This document shows positions 19,538-28,786 of a stretch of 64,000 nt of DNA, in pieces (position 1 is the stretch's first letter; each line of letters begins with the position of its first letter). The notes under the pieces are model-generated. The model was not told the origin of the DNA. It saw nothing but the letters and a program-made list of their open reading frames with translations, and did not search any database. The translations under genes and the position numbers were made by a program. Origin of the DNA: an uncultured virus (IMG/VR IMGVR_UViG_3300025141_014349) (taxonomy: Duplodnaviria; Heunggongvirae; Uroviricota; Caudoviricetes); IMG/VR virus record IMGVR_UViG_3300025141_014349. The stretch is one strand, 5' to 3'.

Positions 19538-20132
19538 ACTCAACATAGAAGATCAAGAATCCGCGAAAGATCCGGAAGCAATTAATCTTTCCGTAAAAGA
19601 CGAAGAAGAAATCAGTCTCGTTGTAAAAGATGACGACTATAAGGGTCCCCCTCTCAAGATGAATTTGGAGATCCGAAAATCCATTGATGGGAGTCTGGTG
19701 ATTTTCGATCACCCGGAAATGGATATTGCAGTTGTTCCTGGTTTTGGTAAAGTAATTGCTTTTTCAAAGGGCGCGTATACGGACGAGTCTTATGCTGCCC
19801 AAAACCGGTTGCTAGAACACTTGACCCGCGCGGGCATTATTAGCCGGGATAGTGTACAATCGGGAAATGTCTATGGTGCGCTAGAGGGAAAGTTTTTGCC
19901 TTCTGAAAATCCGAAGTTGCCTGTTGTAGATTTATCTATCCTTTCTATTGGGAAATTTATTGAAAAAGAAAAACCAGAGTATATTTTCCAAGATGCCTAT
20001 GAGCAGGAAGTCGAAGACATGTATGTAGAACCATCTGACTTAGATACTACTCCGCTCGGAAAAGTTCCTCAAGCAGCGAAAAAGGGAAATATCCAAGGAT
20101 ATGATGTCCGCCGCTACTTATCTGGTGTTTAG
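19527..20132 (+). CDS. Hypothetical protein
   Basis: 201 aa ORF with GGGAG SD. Confidence 0.65.
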   Translation: MAIKLNIEDQESAKDPEAINLSVKDEEEISLVVKDDDYKGPPLKMNLEIRKSIDGSLVIFDHPEMDIAVVPGFGKVIAFSKGAYTDESYAAQNRLLEHLTRAGIISRDSVQSGNVYGALEGKFLPSENPKLPVVDLSILSIGKFIEKEKPEYIFQDAYEQEVEDMYVEPSDLDTTPLGKVPQAAKKGNIQGYDVRRYLSGV

Positions 20133-20449
20133 TGGGATTAGTTTATTTTATTCTTGTGTGTTCTGGCATAACTCAAATCCTATGTTATGGGAAGATATTT
20201 GATTCTATAAGACCAGATCATTATTTTTTTCATTGTCCCATGTGCATTGGTTTTTGGGTTGGTTTCTTTGTATGGGGGTTAAGTTGTTTTACAAAACTAT
20301 TTATATTTGATTATGGATTTATAACTGGGTTTTTTCTTGCATGCTTAGGATCAGGAACCAGTTATATGTTGAATATGCTATTTTCTGATAGTGGTTTGCA
20401 ATTGGGAATTAGCAGAGAGGAGGCGCAAAATGTCACTCGTAACGATTAA
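20132..20449 (+). CDS. Membrane protein with CPMC motif (DUF1360-like)
   Basis: Hydrophobic; FFHCPMCIGFWVG. Confidence 0.6.
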   Translation: MGLVYFILVCSGITQILCYGKIFDSIRPDHYFFHCPMCIGFWVGFFVWGLSCFTKLFIFDYGFITGFFLACLGSGTSYMLNMLFSDSGLQLGISREEAQNVTRND

Positions 20450-20492
20450 ATGGTTTCTACCGGTTGTGCGCATGTGCTGCAAGGGGCGTTAA
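20430..20492 (+). CDS. Candidate 20-aa peptide MSLVTIKWFLPVVRMCCKGR
   Basis: Strong SD GAGGAGG upstream; hairpin follows the stop; too short for the ORF track. Confidence 0.35.
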   Translation: MSLVTIKWFLPVVRMCCKGR

Positions 20493-20545
20493 CTCGCGCA
20501 GGTTGCGCCTGCATTAAAACATTAAAAATTTTTGGAGGAAACCAA

Positions 20546-21004
20546 ATGAAAATTTTAAAATCACAATTAACCCAAGTCATTCAAGAAGAGATTGCCAAGG
20601 TTTTGGGCGAGGGGGTTGGTGGAACCACACTCCGACAGGCATTAGAAAACTCCCAAATGGACAAGACGACCGGACCTGGGAATATTTCAATTTATCCAGT
20701 CATAAAGGTGTCGGACAATCAATTTCTACAGTTAAGGCAAAATACACGTCAGGATGGGAACAATGTTGTTCTTACTGGTTATAGCGTAGATTTTAGCACA
20801 GCACCACCGTCCGGTGGCCATCTGCGCGGCGCAGGCCAAATTGCATCCGCAAAGGGGATGAATGATGCCAGAGTTATTGACCAAGCGATTGAAAGTATTG
20901 AAAGCGCTGCTGCGAAGAATAAAGGCCCCTATGGAACTGAACCAATTCGGGCAGATTCTCCAGTTGAAGTGTTGGAAGCATCGGCCGAACCAGGGAAACA
21001 ATAA
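20546..21004 (+). CDS. Hypothetical protein with N-terminal MKILKSQLTQVIQEE motif
   Basis: GGAGG SD supports ATG 20546 rather than 20450. Confidence 0.6.
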   Translation: MKILKSQLTQVIQEEIAKVLGEGVGGTTLRQALENSQMDKTTGPGNISIYPVIKVSDNQFLQLRQNTRQDGNNVVLTGYSVDFSTAPPSGGHLRGAGQIASAKGMNDARVIDQAIESIESAAAKNKGPYGTEPIRADSPVEVLEASAEPGKQ

Positions 21005-21009
21005 ATAAC

Positions 21010-21630
21010 ATGTCTAAAATTCTACTTAGAGAATACTATGAATTGTGTGAAGGAGGAGTCTGCCAGGACTTACTTACCGAAGATGAAAAGCGCCAAGTGC
21101 GAGAAGGTGTCGTGTTCCTTACCGGCATCCTTCAAAAGGCAGACACTAGGAATGGCAATGGAAGGGTTTATCCGGCCAAAGTCCTTCAACGTGAAATGGA
21201 AAACTATCAAAAGCTTGTTAAAGAAAAGCGCGCTTTGGGCGAACTGGATCATCCCGAAGATAGCGTCATTAACCTTAAAAATTGCTCTCACATGATTACG
21301 GAAACTTGGTGGGATGGAGGGACTGTGATGGGTAAAGTCAAAGTTCTCGATACTCCAAGTGGCAATATTTTGAAATCGCTCGTCGAGAGTGGAGTTAAAC
21401 TTGGCATCTCATCACGCGGACTAGGAAGCGTCAGAGAACAGCAAGGCGACACAGTAGTTGAAGATGATTTTCAATTGATTTGTTTCGACTTTGTTTCAGA
21501 GCCCTCCACTCCTAATGCATATATGGCGCCAGCAATGGGAATGCAAGGAATGCAAGAAGGTGCCATTCCGGGAGCCACGCAGGCAGATAAGATAAACCGA
21601 CTTCTGAACAGCATTACGAGAAAACAGTAA
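21010..21630 (+). CDS. Prohead protease (T4 gp21-like)
   Basis: NGNGRVYP, ALGELDHP, LGISSRGLGS, FDFVSEPS. Confidence 0.95.
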   Translation: MSKILLREYYELCEGGVCQDLLTEDEKRQVREGVVFLTGILQKADTRNGNGRVYPAKVLQREMENYQKLVKEKRALGELDHPEDSVINLKNCSHMITETWWDGGTVMGKVKVLDTPSGNILKSLVESGVKLGISSRGLGSVREQQGDTVVEDDFQLICFDFVSEPSTPNAYMAPAMGMQGMQEGAIPGATQADKINRLLNSITRKQ

Positions 21631-21631
21631 G

Positions 21632-22006
21632 ATGGAAATTTCTAAAGATAGAATCAAGCAACTCATCAAAGAAGAGTATCAGAAGGTACTCGAAGGCGAT
21701 GACCTCGATGTTATGGTGCAAGGATATGGAAATCTTGGCAGCGATCCGATGATTGCGATCAAGAGCGCAAAGAGAAATCTAGATAATTTTCTTCAAAGTA
21801 ATACTTACGATTTTCAAAACCCGTTTGAGGTGGTGACAAAGATGGCGGAAGGCACTCTTGAGTCCGACGCGGATAAACTGCAAATGGTTATTGACTTGTT
21901 GCGCCCCTTGTCGGGCAACAACGAAATAGAAGTCGCCCTAGCAAAACTATCGGCGGTGCTGGAGCATCGCCTACAAGTCAACGAGGAAAAAAGTGAAAAA
22001 AAGTGA
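21632..22006 (+). CDS. Small protein with N-terminal ISKDRIKQLIKEE motif
   Basis: Shared N-terminal motif; adjacent to the prohead protease. Confidence 0.55.
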   Translation: MEISKDRIKQLIKEEYQKVLEGDDLDVMVQGYGNLGSDPMIAIKSAKRNLDNFLQSNTYDFQNPFEVVTKMAEGTLESDADKLQMVIDLLRPLSGNNEIEVALAKLSAVLEHRLQVNEEKSEKK

Positions 22007-22394
22007 ACTTAAAGAGATCATCAAACCAATGGTAGCGGAGTGCATAAAAGAATCTTTGCTGGAGGGAGGTATCTTATCTTCTGTTATAAGTGAAGTCGTC
22101 AAGGGGATGAATATGCAATTGATGGTTGAGCAGGATATCCCCCCGCCCACCCCTCCACAAATACAAGAAAAGAAAGAAATTCCCAACAAGCAACTGCAAG
22201 AAACCAAAAGAAAGATGCTAGACGCTATTGGTAAAGAATCGTACAACGGAGTAAACCTCTTTGAAGGTACCTCTCCCGCGCCACAGCAGCGATCTAGTCC
22301 GAATCCACACAGTGCCTTAAAGGACACAGACCCCAATGACGCTGGGGTGGATATTAGTGGTTTGCTCAATAATAACTGGAGTAAATTAGTATAA
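21993..22394 (+). CDS. Hypothetical protein (MKKSELKEIIK N-terminus)
   Basis: GTG start with GAGG SD; related N-terminal motif. Confidence 0.6.
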   Translation: MKKSELKEIIKPMVAECIKESLLEGGILSSVISEVVKGMNMQLMVEQDIPPPTPPQIQEKKEIPNKQLQETKRKMLDAIGKESYNGVNLFEGTSPAPQQRSSPNPHSALKDTDPNDAGVDISGLLNNNWSKLV

Positions 22395-22594
22395 TGGTAT
22401 CCGTCAAGAGAGAAAAAAACGATAGTGATGAAAAGATGATCAAGAGATTTCTTAAGAGAGTGAAAAAGGCTGGCATTATAGAAGAGTTTTTATCGAGACG
22501 ATATTATGTAAAGCCTTCCACCGTAAAAAGACATGAAAAAAAGAGACGCATCGCTGAACAGAAAAAACGTGCGGAAAAGGAAAATGGCAGATAA
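22394..22594 (+). CDS. rpsU: Ribosomal protein bS21 homolog
   Basis: 66 aa basic protein; EKMIKRFLKRVKKAGII...RRYYVKPS..KR. Confidence 0.9.
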   Translation: MVSVKREKNDSDEKMIKRFLKRVKKAGIIEEFLSRRYYVKPSTVKRHEKKRRIAEQKKRAEKENGR

Positions 22595-22605
22595 AGTAGT
22601 CCTAC

Positions 22606-22613
22606 ACTACTTA
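22606..22613 (+). promoter_or_regulatory. Putative late promoter motif (ACTACTTA)
   Basis: Intergenic, before GAGGAG and ATG 22630. Confidence 0.5.
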
Positions 22614-22629
22614 TATAGAGGAGAAGAAC

Positions 22630-23037
22630 ATGGTTTTTGAATATAGAAATGGATACGGCAGGTGGGAAACTTATGGAGTTCCGGGCAGACCATTTTTGAC
22701 CGGCGGCGCCTTACCTGACGGTAACGAACTCAAGGTCGAATTTCCTACTATTACTAAATCTATTACTGTGATGTCAACGGGAAGCGCAGGTCAGATTAGA
22801 GTTCACTTTGACACCACCGCGTCCACGAATGTAGTTTCACAGCATCGGTATGTCACTTTGAGTGATAATTCCAATGACCCGTCTGGCGGACGTATGGATT
22901 TTGATGTTAGAGTTAAAGAAATTTATATTTCTAATGGTTCTGGAGTTGCTTCTTCTTTTGAACTTATTGGATACTGTGCCGCTGTCGACAAGAACGATGT
23001 GATTTCTTTGAGCGGTTCTGGTATCAATAGTAACTAA
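22630..23037 (+). CDS. Hypothetical beta-rich protein, probably virion-associated
   Basis: 135 aa; late motif and SD; STGS, TTAS and LSGSG motifs. Confidence 0.55.
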   Translation: MVFEYRNGYGRWETYGVPGRPFLTGGALPDGNELKVEFPTITKSITVMSTGSAGQIRVHFDTTASTNVVSQHRYVTLSDNSNDPSGGRMDFDVRVKEIYISNGSGVASSFELIGYCAAVDKNDVISLSGSGINSN

Positions 23038-23699
23038 CTTCCGCCCTCATTGCCGTGTTGCTTATGAAGAAAGTTTTCTATTTTTTTCCTTTCTTTCCCT
23101 TTTGAGTGAAACCAAACCCAAGCGTTTGATTGAGTTATTTTGAGGGACTGTCCCTCTAATTTTTTCAATTTCTTCTCGATCCACTTAACCTCCTTTTCTA
23201 TATCTATATCAATCTCTATACCTAGATCGTATGCTATGTCTAATAGCGAACCGCCATCTTTGTTTTTAGATGCCTCTGCCGCCATCTTGTAGATTTCTGT
23301 CAACCTTTCCACCTCTTCCTCGTCTAGGTCTCGTAGTTTGTCCGGATGAGTTTTGACAGCAATCTTTTTAAAGATTGCCTTTATGTCTGTGTCTGTTGGA
23401 ATATCAGCGGATTTATCGCCCTCCTCTTTGTTGGACTGTGCGTCTTTGCCTTCCTTCTTTTTTGCCTCCTCTTTTACATCTTTTGATATATCCGTGGTAT
23501 CATCTATTTTTTCCGCTCCTTTTTCTTCGGGATTGGGATTTGAGGGGGCAACAATAAACTGCCTATTGTATTCCTCTCTGCATTCTTCATAAATTATTTC
23601 TGTTTCTGCGAGAGATGCTTTAGAAAATTGAAGATTTAGGCGAAGCTTTTTTAGTTTCGCTTTCTCTTTGCGAGATCTTTTTTTTATTTTTGTAACCAT
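23034..23699 (-). CDS. J-domain (DnaJ-like) protein
   Basis: IKAIFKKIAVKTHPDKL HPD motif; start ATG 23699 lies 4 nt after ACTATTTA on the minus strand. Confidence 0.75.
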   Translation of the reverse strand: MVTKIKKRSRKEKAKLKKLRLNLQFSKASLAETEIIYEECREEYNRQFIVAPSNPNPEEKGAEKIDDTTDISKDVKEEAKKKEGKDAQSNKEEGDKSADIPTDTDIKAIFKKIAVKTHPDKLRDLDEEEVERLTEIYKMAAEASKNKDGGSLLDIAYDLGIEIDIDIEKEVKWIEKKLKKLEGQSLKITQSNAWVWFHSKGKERKKIENFLHKQHGNEGGS

Positions 23700-23878
23700 G
23701 ATGTAAATAGTGTTTAAAACCATTGCTACGATACTAAATATAGGTGTAGATCTGGACCATAGAGGAGGAAGATGATATGACAAAAAAAGTGATGATCCTT
23801 GGAAAGAAATCCTGGAAGTAGTGGAATAGCAATTTCGCCATTTTTCGTGGGATCTTCGGGAACTTTAACTTCCTGAAT

Positions 23879-24070
23879 TCTATTTACTGATGTCGGCAAA
23901 AGTAAATGCCGCACACATTAGACAGACTATAGATAGGACATGTAAGCAGAATCACAAATAGATAGATTTTTGATTATATGACCAGATAAAACTTACAAAT
24001 TTCGATTACATATTCTTGATAAAATAAAAGAAGCACTTCTAATCTTTGAGGTTGATTTGCTTTTTATCAT
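23879..24070 (+). ncRNA. Candidate structured non-coding element, copy 1
   Basis: 42-nt core 40/42 identical to 32589..32630; shared 5' and 3' hairpins; preceded by the CTATTTA motif. Confidence 0.4.
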
Positions 24071-24120
24071 CTTTATAGACATAAAGATCTACACAAGCGT
24101 TACGCGGGAGTAAACGTACA

Positions 24121-24699
24121 GTGGAAGTGGAGAAGTGTAACTATTTCGACAACATCCAGGTTTTGTTGTTTTATCCTACAATACATCGCGATGATCGGGG
24201 ACTTTTCTTTGAGTCATTCAATGAAGAGATTTCTTCTAGTCTTAGGGAATATCAATTTTTTCAAGATAGCCATTCCATATCCAGTAAGAATGTCGTAAGA
24301 GGTTTACATTACCAGTGGGAAAAACCTATGGGAAAACTCGTGAGAGTGGTGCACGGTATGGTCCGCGACGTTATCGTGGATATTCGTCAAAATTCCTCCA
24401 CCTATGGTAAGCATAAATTCTTTGACCTCTCTGCCGCAAATAATAAAATCCTCTGGATCCCGCCAGGATTTGCGCACGGGTTCATCTCCCTAGAAGACAA
24501 CACCCAGTTGTTATATAGGTGTAGCAGTTATTATAACGGATCCGGCGAAGGAGTTATTGATCCGTTTGACAGGGATATTAGTGTTGAATGGGGACGTGAG
24601 AGGGGGGAATGCCTGCTGTCTTCAAGAGATCAAAGTGGAATAAGTTTCGAGGAATACGATAAAGAACCAAAGTTCAAGGTGGGCCAAGACAATGACTGA
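24121..24699 (+). CDS. rmlC: dTDP-4-dehydrorhamnose 3,5-epimerase
   Basis: DDRGLFFESF, RGLHYQ, KLVRVVHG, WIPPGFAHGF. Confidence 0.95.
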   Translation: MEVEKCNYFDNIQVLLFYPTIHRDDRGLFFESFNEEISSSLREYQFFQDSHSISSKNVVRGLHYQWEKPMGKLVRVVHGMVRDVIVDIRQNSSTYGKHKFFDLSAANNKILWIPPGFAHGFISLEDNTQLLYRCSSYYNGSGEGVIDPFDRDISVEWGRERGECLLSSRDQSGISFEEYDKEPKFKVGQDND

Positions 24700-25420
24700 T
24701 TCAAAAAAAAGAAGCACCGCGAAATCTCTAACGTGGAGAACTCTAGCAACTTTTATATTGGGAGGAGTTTCCTATTTTATCACTGGCGATCTCCACCAGA
24801 CATCGGTGATTACGGTCGCCTATCACGCAATACAACTATTTGCTTTTTTCGTTCATGAAAGAGTTTGGAACTATATTCATTGGGGCCGAACGCGCGGCAT
24901 TTTCATTCAAATGACGGGATTGAGTGGAAGCGGCAAATCTACTATTGCGAAGCAAGTGCAAAGGCGAATGGTTAGAAAGGGATTCCACGTTGAAGTAATT
25001 GACGGGGATGAATACCGCGAAGGACTTTGTAAAGACCTGGGATTTTCAAAGGTAGACCGGAACACGAACATACGAAGATTGGGATTTGTTGGAAAGGTAC
25101 TGTCCAGGAATGATGTTATCACCATAATGTCTGCGATCAATCCCTACGAAGAAACGAGGAGGGAGATAAGGGAAATGTCTGAGCACGTTAAAACAGTTTT
25201 TGTTGATTGTGATCTAGAGACGCTGAAAGAAAGAGATACTAAAGGACTTTACAGGCGCGCCCTTTTGCCGGAAAATCATCCTGAAAAGATTAAAAATTTC
25301 ACTGGCATTTCTGATCCCTTTGACCCTCCTTTGGTCTACGACTTGAACCTCAACACTACGAAAGATTCGGTGCAACAGTCGGTCGATAAATTAGAGAAAT
25401 TTATTGTGGAGAACATATAA
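24692..25420 (+). CDS. cysC: Adenylylsulfate (APS) kinase with N-terminal DUF2061-like membrane domain
   Basis: AKSLTWR...HERVW N-terminal domain; TGLSGSGKSTIA, IDGD, DLGFSKVDR, RDTKGLY, NFTGISDPF. Confidence 0.9.
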   Translation: MTDSKKRSTAKSLTWRTLATFILGGVSYFITGDLHQTSVITVAYHAIQLFAFFVHERVWNYIHWGRTRGIFIQMTGLSGSGKSTIAKQVQRRMVRKGFHVEVIDGDEYREGLCKDLGFSKVDRNTNIRRLGFVGKVLSRNDVITIMSAINPYEETRREIREMSEHVKTVFVDCDLETLKERDTKGLYRRALLPENHPEKIKNFTGISDPFDPPLVYDLNLNTTKDSVQQSVDKLEKFIVENI

Positions 25421-26322
25421 TGATATTTGTTGTTACTGGTGGCAGAGGATTCATCGGAAGTCATTTCGTAGAGCGCGCTCTAGAAGAGAACCACACCGTT
25501 GTAGACATCGACAAGATGGGGTACGCTTCCCATCACCAGTTGCCATGGGATAATGATCCCAACTATACATTAATCCGGCAAGATATTTCGGAAATTGATC
25601 ACCTTCCTTTGTGTGATGTGTTGGTCAATTTTGCTGCGGAGAGTCATGTAGACAATTCTATTAACAATTCATTTCCGTTTATAAAAAGTAACATATTGGG
25701 CGCCCACAGACTGTTGGAGTTGGTGCGAGGACAACAGACACATGACCGCCCCCTGTTTGTGCATATTAGCACTGACGAAGTATACGGAGACTGCACTACG
25801 GGGTCATACAACGAATCCGACAGACTTGCCCCCAGCAACCCCTACTCTGCGTCCAAATCTTGCGCAGAGATGCTTGTGCTTGCTCACAATAGGACATATG
25901 GGATAGACTACTTGATAACAAGGAGTAGTAACAACTACGGACTCAGACAATACGAAGAAAAACTTATTCCTAAATGCATTGCATCTATCAAAAAAGGCAA
26001 GAAGATTCCCATTCATGGCGATGGATCTTATGTCCGGGATTGGATCTATGTGAAAGACAATGTTGATGCTATTTTCTTTTTGATCGAGAGGGGAATAAGG
26101 AACGACATCATTAATATAGCAGCAAAAAACTATCTAACCAATCTTGAGGTAGTAAAGCAGATATCCGATTGGCACGGCAGTGATGATTCCGAATACTTAT
26201 CGAGAGTCTCTTTTGTCGAAAACCGATGGGGACAAGATCTCAGATATTCAGTTGATGTATCAAAGATAAACAGCATGGGGTGGAAAGCAAAGCATACCAA
26301 GGGGATCCATAAATGGTTTTAA
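25420..26322 (+). CDS. rmlB: dTDP-glucose 4,6-dehydratase
   Basis: TGGRGFIGS, FAAESHVDNS, ISTDEVYG, PYSASK, RDWIYVKD. Confidence 0.95.
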   Translation: MIFVVTGGRGFIGSHFVERALEENHTVVDIDKMGYASHHQLPWDNDPNYTLIRQDISEIDHLPLCDVLVNFAAESHVDNSINNSFPFIKSNILGAHRLLELVRGQQTHDRPLFVHISTDEVYGDCTTGSYNESDRLAPSNPYSASKSCAEMLVLAHNRTYGIDYLITRSSNNYGLRQYEEKLIPKCIASIKKGKKIPIHGDGSYVRDWIYVKDNVDAIFFLIERGIRNDIINIAAKNYLTNLEVVKQISDWHGSDDSEYLSRVSFVENRWGQDLRYSVDVSKINSMGWKAKHTKGIHKWF

Positions 26323-27014
26323 AAGTTCTTATGACCGGCGGAACTGGAGTTCTGGGTAGACAAATTCTTGTTGATTCCTATGAGATGGATGATATAGAAA
26401 TCTGTGCACCAACGCGCAAGCAGATGAATATATCATCGAAAGATTCGGTTATGAGATATTTTTCTAAAGGCGAATTTGATATGATATTGCATTGTGCTGC
26501 CTATACTAAAACCGTCAAGGCAACGGAGGAAGTTGTTGAGTGCACGAAAATAAATGTGGAAGGAACTTGGAATCTCCTTCAGGAGGCGATCAGAAGAGAT
26601 ATTAGGTTTGTATATATCTCTACCGACTATGTTTTCGACGGACTCAGGGGCGATTACCGCACAACGGACCACATTAACCCAGTGGGAAATTATGCGATGT
26701 CTAAGGCATCTGCGGAATTGATGGTGAGAATGTATGAGAAATCTCTCTGCATAAGAACATCTTTTGTTCCGAATGAATTTCCTCACGCGGCCGCCTTTCG
26801 CGACCAACACACTACACGAGATTATGTAGATGTCATAGGACCTTTGGTGCTGAAGGCATCTCTTTCTGGTAAGAAAGGTATAGCACATGTCGGAACTGAG
26901 AAAAAGACAGTATACGAATTGGCGAAAAGAAGAAAGAAAGATGTGAAAGAAATTTCAATTGTCGATGTTAATTTTTATTTACCTCCAGATACTTCTTTGG
27001 GAAATTTGGAATAA
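26313..27014 (+). CDS. rmlD: dTDP-4-dehydrorhamnose reductase (short form)
   Basis: TGGTGVLG, HCAAYT, ISTDYVFDG, YAMSK. Confidence 0.85.
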   Translation: MVLKVLMTGGTGVLGRQILVDSYEMDDIEICAPTRKQMNISSKDSVMRYFSKGEFDMILHCAAYTKTVKATEEVVECTKINVEGTWNLLQEAIRRDIRFVYISTDYVFDGLRGDYRTTDHINPVGNYAMSKASAELMVRMYEKSLCIRTSFVPNEFPHAAAFRDQHTTRDYVDVIGPLVLKASLSGKKGIAHVGTEKKTVYELAKRRKKDVKEISIVDVNFYLPPDTSLGNLE

Positions 27015-27019
27015 AGATA

Positions 27020-27745
27020 ATGGAGGATGATTTTATGACAGATGAAGGATTTTTTTTAGTAGTAGGAATGCACAGATCGGGAACTTCTATGGTTTCCGGA
27101 ATGGTTGGATTGTCTGGGATTATCTCAATTGGCGAGGGGATGGGCGTAAGGAAAGTTCCGCACACCCGCCCCATGAGAGAAAACGGAAGAGTGAAGGAGT
27201 CCGATTTCGAAGACTCGCGAACATGGATAATAAATGACAAAATTCTTGGGGCCCTTGGAGGCAGATGGAATATGGTACCAGATTATGAAAATATTAGGAA
27301 CCTTAAGGACGGTAAAATTTATGCGCTAGCGGAAAGGTATTTACAGACAATACATGCAGAGGCAGATGGCGCCAAGTTCTGCCTCAAAGATCCGAGGTTT
27401 GGAATCACAGCACCATGGTGGATTGAGAATTTTCCTAAGATTTTTAGACCTAAAATTATTTGGGCATTTCGTGATATGGAGGAAGTGGTGAATTCGCTTG
27501 CGATGCGAGATTCCTGGGCCAAGCAAAATCCAGGATATGCTCGCGTGGTGTCCTGCAAGTACGTTGAATATATAAAGCGAATGTTATCTGAATATTCGTT
27601 GGAATATATCAAGGTGGAGTATGCAGATGTTTTGCGAGACCCGTTGCGCGCGCATAGAAAGATTTGCGCGTTTACCGGCGCCAATCCTGACCGCTTTCAG
27701 AGCGAAGTGATGGATTGGGTTAGACCGCGCTATAAGAGGAATTAG
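27020..27745 (+). CDS. Sulfotransferase-family protein
   Basis: VVGMHRSGTS PAPS-binding loop; LKDPR; FRD...SL; YADVLRDP. Confidence 0.8.
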   Translation: MEDDFMTDEGFFLVVGMHRSGTSMVSGMVGLSGIISIGEGMGVRKVPHTRPMRENGRVKESDFEDSRTWIINDKILGALGGRWNMVPDYENIRNLKDGKIYALAERYLQTIHAEADGAKFCLKDPRFGITAPWWIENFPKIFRPKIIWAFRDMEEVVNSLAMRDSWAKQNPGYARVVSCKYVEYIKRMLSEYSLEYIKVEYADVLRDPLRAHRKICAFTGANPDRFQSEVMDWVRPRYKRN

Positions 27746-27748
27746 GTT

Positions 27749-28786
27749 GTGCAAAAATATTATTTTTCTGTGTGTGCCAACTTTCGTGACGAGGCTCCTT
27801 ATTTGTATGAGTGGATCGTGTATCATCTCTTAGTGGGAGTGGAACACTTCTATTTGTATAATCACAAAAGCAAAGATAACTACATGGAGATATTACAACC
27901 TTTTATTGATAAGGGATTGGTAACTTTGAATGACATGTCTGATGATTATTTGAGAAAACCAGCATCACAAAAGGGAAGACTAAAAAAAATCAAGGAGGAA
28001 ATGCAGGAGATTTATATAGGCGGGCATGCAAATGATAGTCGCTGGACGGCGTTCATAGATCTTGATGAATTTATTATGTTTGAAGACAAGAATGATAATC
28101 TTCAAAATATTATGAAAGAATACGAAGCATATCCGGGAGTTGGACTTTGTTGGAAATGGTATGGGTCATCAGGAATCTTGAAAAAAGATCCGGGATTAGT
28201 TATAGAAAGATTCTTAGAGTATGTGCCGCTCGAAATATATAAAACAATAGTAAATCCTCGCGAGGTAGATTTATCAGGTATACGTTACGCACCTGCGCAT
28301 GTTTTTAGTTATAAGAACGGCGCCAAAGCGGTGGACGAGAAGTTTGAAAAGTTGGAAAATTGGGAAAGATCTAAATGCGCATATGCGGACATCCCGCCTT
28401 TGGAGTATGTTTCCGCCCAGAGCGCAACCCATTCGAGATTTTATGTTTCTCATTATTATTGGAAATCTCTAGAAGAATATAAGAACAGGAGACACTTGTC
28501 CCCGTCTGATGCGAACGGTCGGCCCAAGGATCGTGATCCCAATTGTGGTACTTGGCACTTATACGGCAATAACCCGCAGTATCGAAACTTATATCATCAT
28601 TATATTTGGGCCCATTCTCGTGGACAACGCGGATCTAGCACCATTCCATATGGTAAGAATGAAGTTGATGCACATCCTCATTTTTCCTTATCTCAGATGA
28701 TGGAGGATAGGAGTATTTTGCTTATCGCTAAAAAGATTAGGGAGTTTGATTTAGATTTGTTTTGCGACAAGAAGGAGGCATGTTAG
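27749..28786 (+). CDS. Glycosyltransferase (GT92/GT2-like, GT-A fold)
   Basis: EAPYLYEWIVYH..GVEHFYLYN; FIDLDEF; HYYWKSLEEY. Confidence 0.85.
   Translation: MQKYYFSVCANFRDEAPYLYEWIVYHLLVGVEHFYLYNHKSKDNYMEILQPFIDKGLVTLNDMSDDYLRKPASQKGRLKKIKEEMQEIYIGGHANDSRWTAFIDLDEFIMFEDKNDNLQNIMKEYEAYPGVGLCWKWYGSSGILKKDPGLVIERFLEYVPLEIYKTIVNPREVDLSGIRYAPAHVFSYKNGAKAVDEKFEKLENWERSKCAYADIPPLEYVSAQSATHSRFYVSHYYWKSLEEYKNRRHLSPSDANGRPKDRDPNCGTWHLYGNNPQYRNLYHHYIWAHSRGQRGSSTIPYGKNEVDAHPHFSLSQMMEDRSILLIAKKIREFDLDLFCDKKEAC
27775..27928 (+). repeat. 154-bp direct repeat, copy 1 (copy 2 at 29574..29727)
   Basis: Identical by eye at nucleotide level in the 5' ends of both GT92-like genes. Confidence 0.9.
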
